From the NCBI GenBank assembly GCA_043814605.1, contig JBDRJV010000018.1:21545-85544 (forward strand): DNA of 64,000 nucleotides, given 5' to 3'. Below are positions 1-9,411 of the stretch, one piece after another. The first letter of the stretch is position 1. Each line of letters opens with the position of its first letter. Under the pieces are notes generated by a model. That model saw only the letters and a program-made list of their open reading frames with translations. It searched no databases and was not told where the DNA came from. A program made the translations under genes and the position numbers. Source of the DNA: Candidatus Omnitrophota bacterium (GTDB lineage: Bacteria; Omnitrophota; Gorgyraeia; B26-G9).

Positions 1-85
1 AGTTGAATTAATGCGTTATTATATTCCTTTTTTTAATTGGAAAATAAATTGTTTGTTGTTACAAAAAACTAAGAAAGATTAGATA

Positions 86-1315
86 ATGAGAATTGCGTTT
101 ATTGTTACAGAATTTCCTAATGTTTCGGAGACTTTTATTTTAAATCAAATTACTTCTCTTTTAGAATCAGGCAATGAAGTAGAAATTTTTTCCTGTTTTA
201 AACCAGTTCGGCAAAAAGAAAAGAAGGTTCATCCGGATGTACAGAAGTATAATTTACAGGAACATACACATTATTTTTCGAGTATACCGAATAATCGGAT
301 GCTGAGAATTTTAAAAGCATCATTTTTAGTAATAACTAATGTTTTTAAAGCACCGGTGATGGTTTTTAAATCTTTAAATATATTTCGTTTTAAGAATTTA
401 AGGTTAATCTATAGCCTTGTGCCTTTTTTAAATTTTACAGATAAAACTAAAAAATTTGATATTATCCATTGCCATTTTGGGCCGAACGGAATTTGGGGCC
501 TAAACTTAAAATTTTTGGGATTAAAAGGTAAATTGCTAACTAGTTTTCATGGCTATGATGTAAACAGTTATCCTCAAGAGCAGGGGATAGGTATCTATAA
601 TGATTTATTCAAATATGGCGACGGTTTTACGGCAAACACGAATTTTACTAAAATTCAAGCGGTAAAACTCGGATGCCCAGAAAATAAGATTCATATTGTT
701 CATGAAGGATTAAAATCAGCTAATTTTAAATATTTACCGCGCAAACTGAAGCCGGGTGAGAATATTAACTTATTGACTCTCGGCCGCTTGGTTGAGAAAA
801 AAGGACATAAATATACTTTAAAGGCGCTAAAAGAGATTTTAATGGAAAATAGAAACATAATGTATACAATAGCTGGCGACGGTCCGTTAAGAGAAGAGTT
901 AGAAAAACTTACCGATGAACTGGGGATTAAGGATAATGTTATTTTTTTAGGTAAAGTTGACCAATCAGAAGCAGTGAAATTATATAACCAGGCGCATATT
1001 TTTATTTTAACCAGTGTAACCGCGGCTAATTCTGACCGGGAAGGCCAGGCCTTGGTTTTACAGGAAGCCCAGGCTTGCGGTATTCCGGTAATTGCTACGC
1101 TGCATAATGGAATCCCCGAGGGAGTATTAGACGGTGAATCGGGATTTCTGGTGCCGGAGCGAAACGTAGATATTTTAGTTGAAAAACTTAAAACTTTAAT
1201 CGAGAATCCGCAAATTTGGGGCACAATGGGTAAATGCGGCCAGGAATTTGTCCAGAAAAAATTTGATGCGGATATTTTAAACCTGCAATTAATTAAGGTT
1301 TACAAAAAAATTTAG
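86..1315 (+). CDS. Glycosyltransferase, GT4 family
   Basis: 409-aa ORF. The C-terminal GT-B signature E-x7-E region (EGQALVLQEAQACGIPVIATLHNGIPE) is typical of GT4/GT1 retaining glycosyltransferases. Confidence 0.75.
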   Translation: MRIAFIVTEFPNVSETFILNQITSLLESGNEVEIFSCFKPVRQKEKKVHPDVQKYNLQEHTHYFSSIPNNRMLRILKASFLVITNVFKAPVMVFKSLNIFRFKNLRLIYSLVPFLNFTDKTKKFDIIHCHFGPNGIWGLNLKFLGLKGKLLTSFHGYDVNSYPQEQGIGIYNDLFKYGDGFTANTNFTKIQAVKLGCPENKIHIVHEGLKSANFKYLPRKLKPGENINLLTLGRLVEKKGHKYTLKALKEILMENRNIMYTIAGDGPLREELEKLTDELGIKDNVIFLGKVDQSEAVKLYNQAHIFILTSVTAANSDREGQALVLQEAQACGIPVIATLHNGIPEGVLDGESGFLVPERNVDILVEKLKTLIENPQIWGTMGKCGQEFVQKKFDADILNLQLIKVYKKI

Positions 1316-1339
1316 ACGAACAAATAAATAAAAAAAATT

Positions 1340-2482
1340 ATGTTATATCAAATAAAATCATTTATTGAAAGAGTAATACCTGATTCTCTAATGAAAAGAT
1401 TTAAAACTTTGATTAAGGATGTAAAAAATTCATGGAAATATAGGGGTAAAATAAACAGCAGTTTTTATGATGCAGATATTTATTGGCTTGATCCGCGGGA
1501 CATAAAATATGCAACAAAAACCGGATTAAATAATCAACAATTTAAAAATAAAGTAATTAGAGGGGATTGGGATAAACCATATTATAATTTTACGGATTTA
1601 GATATTTATCAAAGTATTCAGGCCAGAATTACAGCGAATATTTCCTGGGAAGGAACAACAGCTTATAAAAGAATATTAAAGCAAATTGAATTTGGTGAAG
1701 AAAAATGGGGCTGTAAAAATAAAACAGATTTAAATGCACGTTGTAAAAAAATTGATGCCTTAATTCAAGATATAAAAGAAAATGGGTATAAGGCTGATAG
1801 TGATGATGAAATTACGATTAATATTAGCCGGGATGGATTGCTTTTACTTAATCACGGCCGGCATCGATTAGCTTGTGCGAAGTTACTGGATATTAAAAAA
1901 ATTCCGGTTCAAATAGTGGCACGGCACAAAGATTGGGTAAAATTTAAAAAAGAAATTTTGTATTATGCCTGGTGTAATAAAGGAATGGTTTATGCCCCGC
2001 TGGATCATCTGGATTTGATTCATATCCCCTCTTTACATAAGGGAAGGTTTGAATTAATTAAAGCGAATTTGGATGTATGCGGAGGGCGGGTTTTAGATAT
2101 TGGAGCGCATTGGGGGCATTTTTCCTCTAAATTTGAAGATTTAGGTTTTGAATCTTTTGCGGTAGAACAAAATGAGGAATGTCTTTATTTTTTAAAACGG
2201 TTGAAAAAAAGCAAGGCAAAGAAATTTCACGTTATTGCTGATGATATTTTAGCTTACGGATTAAGGCATAATCAATTTGATGTAGTTTTAGCTTTATCTG
2301 TGTTTCATTGGTTTATCCGGGAAAAAGGGACGTATGAAAGGTTTAAAACTTTTTTGAATAATTTAAAAATGAAGGAAATGTTTTTTCAAGCGTATGCTCA
2401 GAATCATACGCAAATGCAGCAGGCTTACAAAATTTCTCTCCAGAGGAATTTATTGAATTTATTATTAATAATTCCTGTTTAA
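1340..2482 (+). CDS. Fusion protein: N-terminal ParB/sulfiredoxin-like domain and C-terminal FkbM-type SAM methyltransferase
   Basis: Residues ~150-190 (ITINISRDGLLLLNHGRHRLACAKLLDIKKIPVQIV) resemble the ParB/Srx fold motif DGxHR. The C-terminus carries VLDIGAHWGHFS, as in FkbM-family methyltransferases (VxDxGAxxG). Confidence 0.5.
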   Translation: MLYQIKSFIERVIPDSLMKRFKTLIKDVKNSWKYRGKINSSFYDADIYWLDPRDIKYATKTGLNNQQFKNKVIRGDWDKPYYNFTDLDIYQSIQARITANISWEGTTAYKRILKQIEFGEEKWGCKNKTDLNARCKKIDALIQDIKENGYKADSDDEITINISRDGLLLLNHGRHRLACAKLLDIKKIPVQIVARHKDWVKFKKEILYYAWCNKGMVYAPLDHLDLIHIPSLHKGRFELIKANLDVCGGRVLDIGAHWGHFSSKFEDLGFESFAVEQNEECLYFLKRLKKSKAKKFHVIADDILAYGLRHNQFDVVLALSVFHWFIREKGTYERFKTFLNNLKMKEMFFQAYAQNHTQMQQAYKISLQRNLLNLLLIIPV

Positions 2483-2608
2483 ATAAACATAAGCTTATCG
2501 GGGAAGAGTCAGGGAGAAAAATTTTTAAAATTTACCAGTAAAAATTTATAAATATAATTAATTTTTCTGTTCAAATGATTTTTTTAACGCAAAGTTCTTT
2601 CATAATTT

Positions 2609-2697
2609 TGGTGACGAAGCCTGTCCCGCAGTAGGCGGGAGAACTCACTCGTCGGCTTACGCCAGGACGAGCTCAAACAGTCCTCGTCCTCACACCT
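2609..2697 (+). ncRNA. GC-rich intergenic island with three stem-loops; candidate structured RNA or regulatory element
   Basis: Hairpins CCCGC-agtag-GCGGG and GGACGAG-ctcaaacagtc-CTCGTCC, plus an outer GACGAAGCC/GGCTTACGCC pairing. Sits in a 400-nt gap inside an otherwise tightly packed operon. Confidence 0.3.
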
Positions 2698-2888
2698 AAA
2701 AATGTGTGATTCCCAAAATTATTCAAGCTGCTTTGCTAAAAACCATATTCACCGAAAAATTATTAGATTTATAAATATACAAAAATATGTTTTTTACATA
2801 ACACGTAACACATTATACAAAAAAGTAGTTTTTAGGTTAACGTTTGAATAAAAAATAAAAGTTATTTTTAAGATTAAGGAATGAAGAA

Positions 2889-3974
2889 ATGAAGATCGGT
2901 TTTTTTTATCCAGAATATTATCCGGTTCGTGCCAGCGCATCAGTACACGGTTATTATTTAGCCCGGGGACTGGTCGATCGGGGGCATAAGCTGCTTTCCT
3001 GCATTGGAGATGAAAATCCTAATTGTATTTTATATCCCCAGTCAAAACCAGGGATGATCAAGTTAATTTTAGATGCTGATGTTTTGTATGTCAGAATCAT
3101 GAGTTATTTTGAGCACGTTTGCACCTGGCGGATGCTGCGTTTATTCAACTTGCCGGTTGTTTGGGAAATTGATGCGCCGCTGGAGGAACAATATGCTTTT
3201 TATGAAGATAAGCAAGCGGCTAAAAAAGAATTAGCGTGGCAAAATTTAAAAAGACAATTTTTTGCGCGGTTTGTAGATGCGGGAATTTGTGTTTCTGATC
3301 AGATGGCTGATTATTCAAAAAAATTTTTAAAAATAAAAAATTCTTATACTATTCCTAATGGATCTAATGCGCAATTTTTTAAAAAAAGTAAAAATAAATT
3401 TAAGCCCCAGGGCTGGGAGGGAAAGTTCGTTATTGTATGGGCGGGTAATCCCACTTTGCCTTGGCAGGCAATGCAATTGATGTTTAATGTTGCGCAAAAA
3501 ATACAAAAAATAGATAAAGATATTATGTTTGTATTTATCAGCAGCGAATTAGAATACAAATTCCCGGAAGAGGATAATATTGCTGTTTTAACCAGAATTA
3601 ATTATCTGAGTTTGCCTAATTATCTCCCTTTTGCTGATATCTGTTTATGTTTGTACAACAGTTATGATTGGTGTCCATGGGGATTTTATAATTCACCCTT
3701 AAAATTATTTGATTATATGGCTGCCGGCGTAGCAGTGATTGCTTCAAATATGGGGCAGATTGCACAAGTTATTAAAGATAATAAAAATGGGCTGCTTACC
3801 GATAACCAGGAAGATGATATAATTAAAAAAATAATTAAATTAAAGGAAGATAGAACGTTAAGTAAAAGAATCGGGAAAGCAGCAGAGAAAAATATTATTG
3901 AATATTATAATTGGGATCGGGTGGCCAAAGAGACAGAAGAGGTTTTACAATCTGTAGTTAAAATCAAATATTAA
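2889..3974 (+). CDS. Glycosyltransferase (GT-B fold, GT4-like)
   Basis: 361-aa ORF. C-terminal FDYMAAGVAVIASNMGQIAQVIKDNKNGLL matches the GT4 donor-binding region. Confidence 0.6.
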   Translation: MKIGFFYPEYYPVRASASVHGYYLARGLVDRGHKLLSCIGDENPNCILYPQSKPGMIKLILDADVLYVRIMSYFEHVCTWRMLRLFNLPVVWEIDAPLEEQYAFYEDKQAAKKELAWQNLKRQFFARFVDAGICVSDQMADYSKKFLKIKNSYTIPNGSNAQFFKKSKNKFKPQGWEGKFVIVWAGNPTLPWQAMQLMFNVAQKIQKIDKDIMFVFISSELEYKFPEEDNIAVLTRINYLSLPNYLPFADICLCLYNSYDWCPWGFYNSPLKLFDYMAAGVAVIASNMGQIAQVIKDNKNGLLTDNQEDDIIKKIIKLKEDRTLSKRIGKAAEKNIIEYYNWDRVAKETEEVLQSVVKIKY

Positions 3975-4124
3975 AATGCAAAAAGCAAAAAGTGATTTAA
4001 AATATAAAATTTAATTTTAAGATTATATTTTTTTAAGTAAATATGTTATGGTTTTAATGTTTTGTATAATTTCAAGGATGTGTTTACAAATTTATATTGT
4101 TCGGTAAAAGGGAAAAAAGGTGAA

Positions 4125-4263
4125 GGTAACGAAGCCCGTTTCGGTAACGTACAACGGTAACGTGTTCAAAGCATTAAAAATACGTCACCGTAACCGATTG
4201 ACGATACGGGCCCGCTACAATGCATATCGAGGTCTCGCTGCTTCTCCGGCGGACATCGTAACC
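4125..4263. repeat. GC-rich intergenic island with 3 x GGTAACG and 2 x CGTAACC direct repeats
   Basis: GGTAACG at 4125, 4143 and 4156. CCGTAACC at 4188 and CGTAACC at 4257. The surrounding DNA is >75% AT. Confidence 0.45.
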
Positions 4264-4357
4264 GTTTAACCTTAGCCGTTATTTTTAAATTTTACATTGA
4301 GACACTACAAATGTTTTTAAAATTTTGATTTTTAATCTTTAAAATTTAATTATTACT

Positions 4358-5479
4358 ATGAATATATTACAGATTGTTTCAAGTTTAGCAGAAATTAGCG
4401 GTCCGGCAAATTCTTTATATTTGGTCGCAACTGGATTAAAGCAAAAAGGCCATAATGTTGTTTGTGCCCATTATGTGGGGGAGAGAGGCCCTTTAGTTGA
4501 AAAACTGGAAAATCAAGGAATTAAGGTTATAAATTTAGGAGGGGGAGATGCGAATCAGCCGCGTTTTATACGTTTAAGAATATTAATACGTCTGATCATG
4601 TTGGTTTTTAAAGAAAAAATAGAAATTATTCAGGCTCATAATTGGGATGCGGATTGTTATGCTCTTTTAGCCGGGATTTTTAAAAAAATGAGAAAAGTGG
4701 TTAGTTTACACAGCCGTTCTTATTTTGATTGGGTTAATAAACATTATGCAAAATATGACAGATTATTTTTTAAATTGGTTGATAATTATGTTTGTGTGAG
4801 TCAATGTATGGCTGATGAATTCAAGGAAAAATATCCGCAAATAAGAAATAAAATTTCTGTCATTTATAATTCACCAGCAGAGCAATTTTTTAAAAACTTT
4901 AATTTTACTAACAGAAAAAAAATTAGAGAAGAATTTAATGTTAGCGATCAGGAAGTTCTTATCGGCAGTGTGGGTAATTTTACCCGGTTTAAGGGTATTG
5001 AATATTTACTGGAAGCTTTAAACAATTTATCCTATGATGATTTTAAAGTGTTGCTTGTCGGACAAGATTATGGGAACATAAAAAATAAGTATAATTCATA
5101 TTTAAAAGACAAACCGTTAAAATCAAAGATAATTTTTGCCGGGTTCCGGCAGGACATTAGGGATATTTTAGATGCCTTGGATATATTTGTTTTTCCTTCT
5201 ACAGAGGAAGTAGATCCGATTGCTTTATCTGAGGCTATGGCTAGAGGCAAAACAATTATTAGTACAATTGTCGGCGGAATTCCGGAAAAAGTTGAAAATA
5301 AAAAAAATGGCATTTTAGTTGAGCCTAAAAATTCTGCAAGCTTAAGAAATGCTTTAGAATTTTGTTTAAAAAACCCGGCAAAAGCACAAGAAATGGCTTT
5401 TAATGCCCGGCAGACAATTCATCAAAAATTTTCTTATGAAAAAATGGTTCAAAGTTATCTAGAAGTATTTAAAAAATAA
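4358..5479 (+). CDS. Glycosyltransferase, GT4 family
   Basis: 373 aa. EVDPIALSEAMARGKTIISTIVGGIPE is the canonical GT4 C-terminal motif. Confidence 0.75.
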   Translation: MNILQIVSSLAEISGPANSLYLVATGLKQKGHNVVCAHYVGERGPLVEKLENQGIKVINLGGGDANQPRFIRLRILIRLIMLVFKEKIEIIQAHNWDADCYALLAGIFKKMRKVVSLHSRSYFDWVNKHYAKYDRLFFKLVDNYVCVSQCMADEFKEKYPQIRNKISVIYNSPAEQFFKNFNFTNRKKIREEFNVSDQEVLIGSVGNFTRFKGIEYLLEALNNLSYDDFKVLLVGQDYGNIKNKYNSYLKDKPLKSKIIFAGFRQDIRDILDALDIFVFPSTEEVDPIALSEAMARGKTIISTIVGGIPEKVENKKNGILVEPKNSASLRNALEFCLKNPAKAQEMAFNARQTIHQKFSYEKMVQSYLEVFKK

Positions 5480-5485
5480 ATAATC

Positions 5486-6514
5486 ATGAAGATTCTTTTT
5501 GTCGGATATCATAACCCTAAGTTTATTGCATTGCCAGAATATTTTGAAAATGCAATTGTGAATCTGGGACATGAATTAGTATCATTTGATGATCGGAAAT
5601 TTATATTTCCCGGCCGGGTAAGGGGGAAGATAAATGTCTTGCAAAAGTGGGAATTAGATCGTATTAATAGCAATCTGCTCAAACTAGTTTTGCATAAAAA
5701 GCCAGACATATGTTTGGTTAATAGTGTGGGTAGAATTAAAGTAGAGATTATACAGAAAATCAAACAACTGGGCGTGAGAACAGCCTATTTAACTACTGAT
5801 TTTCCCTGGGATAGTGATGTTTTAGTCCAGGAAGCTTTAAATTATGAATTTGTATTTTACGGGGGGACTGAGATTGCGCAAAAATTTAAGCAGGCTAACA
5901 TTAAAAAAGCTTTTTGGCTTCCCTTTGCCTGCGATCCTGATCTGCATAAACCAGTTGAATTATCTAGTGAAGAAAAAAAACAATACAGTGCAGATATTGC
6001 ATTTGTCGGTTCAATATATCCTAAACTTTATTCTAATCGGCTTATAATTTTAGAAGGGATCAGTGATTTTAATATAAAAGTATGGGGGCCCGGAGCAGAT
6101 ACGGTCTCTGCTAATTCGCCTTTAAAGAAAAAAATTATGGGTAATGATACCAAGCCGGGCCAATGGCAAAAGATATATTCGGCTGTAAAAATAGGAGTTT
6201 GTATACACTTTGAAGACCACTTAAAAAAAATACCTTGTTATCAGGCAAGTCCCCGGATATATGAATTATTAAGCTGTAAATGCTTTACTTTAGTAGATAA
6301 TCAGGTGGATGTGAGTAAATTGTTTGAAGATGGCAAACATTTAGTAATATTTAAAAGTATTCCGGATTTACGTGAAAAAATTAATTATTATCTGGCTCAT
6401 CCGGAAAAAAGAAAAATAATTGCCGAACAAGGCTTTAATGAGGTAATTAATAATCATACTTATCAACACCGAATAAAAAAAATAATTGCGATTATTAGGG
6501 GAGATAACCAATGA
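5486..6514 (+). CDS. CgeB-like / DUF3880-type glycosyltransferase
   Basis: 342 aa. The C-terminal segment (FEDGKHLVIFKSIPDLREKINYYLAHPEKRKIIAEQG...HTY) resembles the CgeB-family GT1-like C-terminal domain. Confidence 0.5.
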   Translation: MKILFVGYHNPKFIALPEYFENAIVNLGHELVSFDDRKFIFPGRVRGKINVLQKWELDRINSNLLKLVLHKKPDICLVNSVGRIKVEIIQKIKQLGVRTAYLTTDFPWDSDVLVQEALNYEFVFYGGTEIAQKFKQANIKKAFWLPFACDPDLHKPVELSSEEKKQYSADIAFVGSIYPKLYSNRLIILEGISDFNIKVWGPGADTVSANSPLKKKIMGNDTKPGQWQKIYSAVKIGVCIHFEDHLKKIPCYQASPRIYELLSCKCFTLVDNQVDVSKLFEDGKHLVIFKSIPDLREKINYYLAHPEKRKIIAEQGFNEVINNHTYQHRIKKIIAIIRGDNQ

Positions 6515-7212
6515 GCACAGACAATATATTTGATGAGTATTATGAAGCTATTTTCAGAAGTTCAAATAAATATTCACAGGCTGAATATGAAGATCATGTT
6601 AAAAATTTTGATTTGGTTTATGCTAAATATTTAACTCCGGAAAAGCAAGCAAAAATTCTTGATGTCGGATGCGGGACGGGGTATTGGCTTTATTATCTAA
6701 AGAAAAAAGGTTACACGAATTACTCCGGCATTGATATCTCAGCGCAGCAAGTTAAAATCTGTCGAGAAAGGATTAACGCAGAGGTTGAACAAGCAGATGT
6801 ATTTGAATATTTGAAAAACAAAGAAAATTCTTATGATCTGATTGTCGGGCACGATATCTTAGAACATATTCCTAAAACTAAAGTTATAACTTTTTTAAGA
6901 TTAATATATGAAGCATTAAAGCCAGGAGGTAAAGTTTTTTTGAGAACATTAAACTGCGGTAACCCGATGTCCCTGAGAATTCGTTACGCTGATTTTACGC
7001 ATGAATTTGCGGTTACGGAAAAAAGCTTCTACCAAATTCTTTATCTGTCCGGATTCCGGGATATTAAAATTTTACCGAATATTGATAAAGGGTTTTTAAA
7101 TAAAATAGTGGCAAATATGATCCGGTTTGTTTTAAGCAAAATAATGTGGTATCAGGGGTTTGTGGTGCCGCGAATTTTAACCCCGGTAATTTTCGGGATA
7201 GCTAAAAAATAA
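6511..7212 (+). CDS. Class I SAM-dependent methyltransferase
   Basis: Motif I ILDVGCGTGYW and post-I acidic residue. The start overlaps the upstream gene by 4 nt, which suggests an operon. Confidence 0.7.
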   Translation: MSTDNIFDEYYEAIFRSSNKYSQAEYEDHVKNFDLVYAKYLTPEKQAKILDVGCGTGYWLYYLKKKGYTNYSGIDISAQQVKICRERINAEVEQADVFEYLKNKENSYDLIVGHDILEHIPKTKVITFLRLIYEALKPGGKVFLRTLNCGNPMSLRIRYADFTHEFAVTEKSFYQILYLSGFRDIKILPNIDKGFLNKIVANMIRFVLSKIMWYQGFVVPRILTPVIFGIAKK

Positions 7213-7217
7213 TAATT

Positions 7218-8324
7218 ATGAAAATTAATATTGTGCATATTGTTGAAGATTTAAAAACCGGCGGTTTAGAGAGGGTTATTGCGGGCATTGTCACGGGCAT
7301 AGATCCAGAAAGATTTAATCTAAAAATCTGGTGTTTATTCCGGGGCGGGGATATTTATGATGAGTTAAAGGCTCAAGGGGTTAATGTTGAAATTCTGGGC
7401 ATGCAGTCACATCGGGATATTGGATTTATGTTTAAACTGATCAGAAGATTGAAAGAAAATAATATTCATATTATACATACCCATGGCTATACCGGAACAA
7501 CTTTAGGCCGTATTGCCGGGATTATCGCCGGAGTTAAAATAATTCTGGCGCATGTGCATAGTACATATTGGGATTTTAGTTTTAAGCAGCTTTGTATTGA
7601 AAAAATTTTAAGTTTGGCTACAGATAAAATAATTTGTTGTTCTGAATCTGTAGCTAATTTTGTCAAAGGAAGAGAAAAGGTAAATAAGGATAAAGTAACC
7701 GTAATTTATAATGGCGTAGATCTGGATAAATTTATTTTAAAAGACAATCAAATAACGGATAAAGATGAATATGTGATCGGTTGTATTGCTTCTTTATTTG
7801 CGCATAAAGGTCATAAATACCTTTTAGCAGCAATAAAATCGCTGATTAGTGATTGCTCAAAAAAGATCAGACTAATTTTAGTCGGAGAAGGACAATTGAA
7901 AGATGAATTGCAGGATTATTGCCGCAAATTGGGGATTGAGAAAAATGTTAAATTTGTGGGAAATGTTTTAGATATATCCGAAATATTAAAAGGTTTTGAT
8001 ATTGTTGTTTTGCCCTCATCAGAAAGAGAGGGGTTAGGCATTGCTTTACTTGAAGCAATGGCTGTGGGTATTCCGATTATTGGGACAACAATCGGGGGGA
8101 TTCCGGAAATTATCCAAAATGGAATAAACGGAATTTTAATTGAGCCTAAAAATTCCGGGTCATTAGCTTCCGCGATCAATTCAATGCTTGATGATTTTAA
8201 TAAAGCTAAAACTATGGGAGCAACCGGTCGAAAAATAGTTGAAGCAAAGTTTTCACAGGAAAAAATGCTGCAGAAAATAAGCGGCCTATATCAAATACTT
8301 TTTGACCAAAAATATGGAAAATAA
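7218..8324 (+). CDS. Glycosyltransferase, GT4 family
   Basis: 368 aa. SEREGLGIALLEAMAVGIPIIGTTIGGIPE is a classic GT4 EX7E region. Confidence 0.8.
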   Translation: MKINIVHIVEDLKTGGLERVIAGIVTGIDPERFNLKIWCLFRGGDIYDELKAQGVNVEILGMQSHRDIGFMFKLIRRLKENNIHIIHTHGYTGTTLGRIAGIIAGVKIILAHVHSTYWDFSFKQLCIEKILSLATDKIICCSESVANFVKGREKVNKDKVTVIYNGVDLDKFILKDNQITDKDEYVIGCIASLFAHKGHKYLLAAIKSLISDCSKKIRLILVGEGQLKDELQDYCRKLGIEKNVKFVGNVLDISEILKGFDIVVLPSSEREGLGIALLEAMAVGIPIIGTTIGGIPEIIQNGINGILIEPKNSGSLASAINSMLDDFNKAKTMGATGRKIVEAKFSQEKMLQKISGLYQILFDQKYGK

Positions 8325-9411
8325 AAAAATCAATATTTTATTTATGAGCAGTTTTGGCTCCTTGCAAGGCGGCGGACAGCGCAGTCTTTTACTTTTGCTT
8401 AAATACCTGGACAAAAGTAAATTTACGTCTTTTGTAGCTGTGCCGGATTCAGGCGAATTAAGTGAAGCAGTATCAGGTTTGGGTGTAAAAGTTTTTGTGA
8501 TTTCTTTGCCGCGGTTGCGTTCGCTGAATATTTTTCGCACAATTGACTCAATTTATAGATTATTTTTAATTTGCCGGGAGTATAAAATAGATATTATTCA
8601 TACGGATGCGCCGCGGCAGACTTTATACGCAGCTTTAATTAAGAGGTTTTTAAAAATTTCTCTAATCCTGCACTTGCGGGTTACGGATACAGTGGGTTGG
8701 ATCGACAAACTGATTTATCCTTTTACGGATAAAATGATTGCTGTCTCTGTTGCAGTTTCTTATCGTTTCGATTTTGCTCATAATTTTAAAGATAAAGTTA
8801 AAGTTGTTTATAATGCCGTGGATTTAGAAGAGTATCAGATGCAAGATATCCCATCACCAAGGCCTAAGCTGGTGGCGGGTTATTTTGGCCGGATTGCTAG
8901 AAGAAAGGGGATCGAGGTTTTGATAAAAGCCGTAAAAAGGATTCCGGATCAGGTTAAATTAATTATTACAGGCAGCGGGGATTTACAATATTTAAAAGAA
9001 TTAAAATTATTATGTATAGGAATAAAACTAGAAGATATTGAATTTTGTGAATATCATAAAAATGTGATAAAAGAAATAAACAATTGTGATGTAATTGTTC
9101 TGCCGTCAATAAAAGGGGAAGGTCTTTCCCGGGTGATTATTGAAGCAATGGCGCTAGGTAAGGTTGCTATCGTATCTGATTTAGCAGAAAATAAAGAAGC
9201 TTTAGGGGATGAATTAAATGAGTTTATTTTTCCGCAAGGAGATGACCAGGCCTTGTTTTTAATTATTGATAAAATCATTAAAAATAGGGAAATTCTTATT
9301 TTAAAAAGAAACCTTTTAAGGAAAAGGGCGGAAGAATTTTTTAATGCAGCTAAAAACACAAAACAAATCGAAAATATTTATGATGAGCTTATTAGTGCGA
9401 GAAAAAATTAA
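8302..9411 (+). CDS. Glycosyltransferase, GT4 family (start probably the ATG at 8314)
   Basis: 369 aa. GEGLSRVIIEAMALGKVAIVSDL is a GT4 motif. The N-terminus MENKKINILFMSSFGS is typical of a GT-B protein. Confidence 0.7.
   Translation: MTKNMENKKINILFMSSFGSLQGGGQRSLLLLLKYLDKSKFTSFVAVPDSGELSEAVSGLGVKVFVISLPRLRSLNIFRTIDSIYRLFLICREYKIDIIHTDAPRQTLYAALIKRFLKISLILHLRVTDTVGWIDKLIYPFTDKMIAVSVAVSYRFDFAHNFKDKVKVVYNAVDLEEYQMQDIPSPRPKLVAGYFGRIARRKGIEVLIKAVKRIPDQVKLIITGSGDLQYLKELKLLCIGIKLEDIEFCEYHKNVIKEINNCDVIVLPSIKGEGLSRVIIEAMALGKVAIVSDLAENKEALGDELNEFIFPQGDDQALFLIIDKIIKNREILILKRNLLRKRAEEFFNAAKNTKQIENIYDELISARKN

Noticed and set aside
700-1224. 174-aa - strand ORF inside the first glycosyltransferase gene, plus similar antisense ORFs in other genes (3344-3559, 5068-5313, 7916-8179, 9054-9359, 11494-11844, 13604-14017, 24901-25260, 49231-49575, 61703-61996, 63141-63449)
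   Set aside because: Each is fully embedded antisense in a well-supported gene with recognisable motifs. They are low-complexity translations.
2609-2697. tRNA gene in a GC-rich island (also checked 4100-4300, 44150-44240 and 53455-53660)
   Set aside because: No T-loop (GTTCRANYC) or D-loop consensus, and no acceptor-stem/CCA geometry. The hairpins do not give a cloverleaf.
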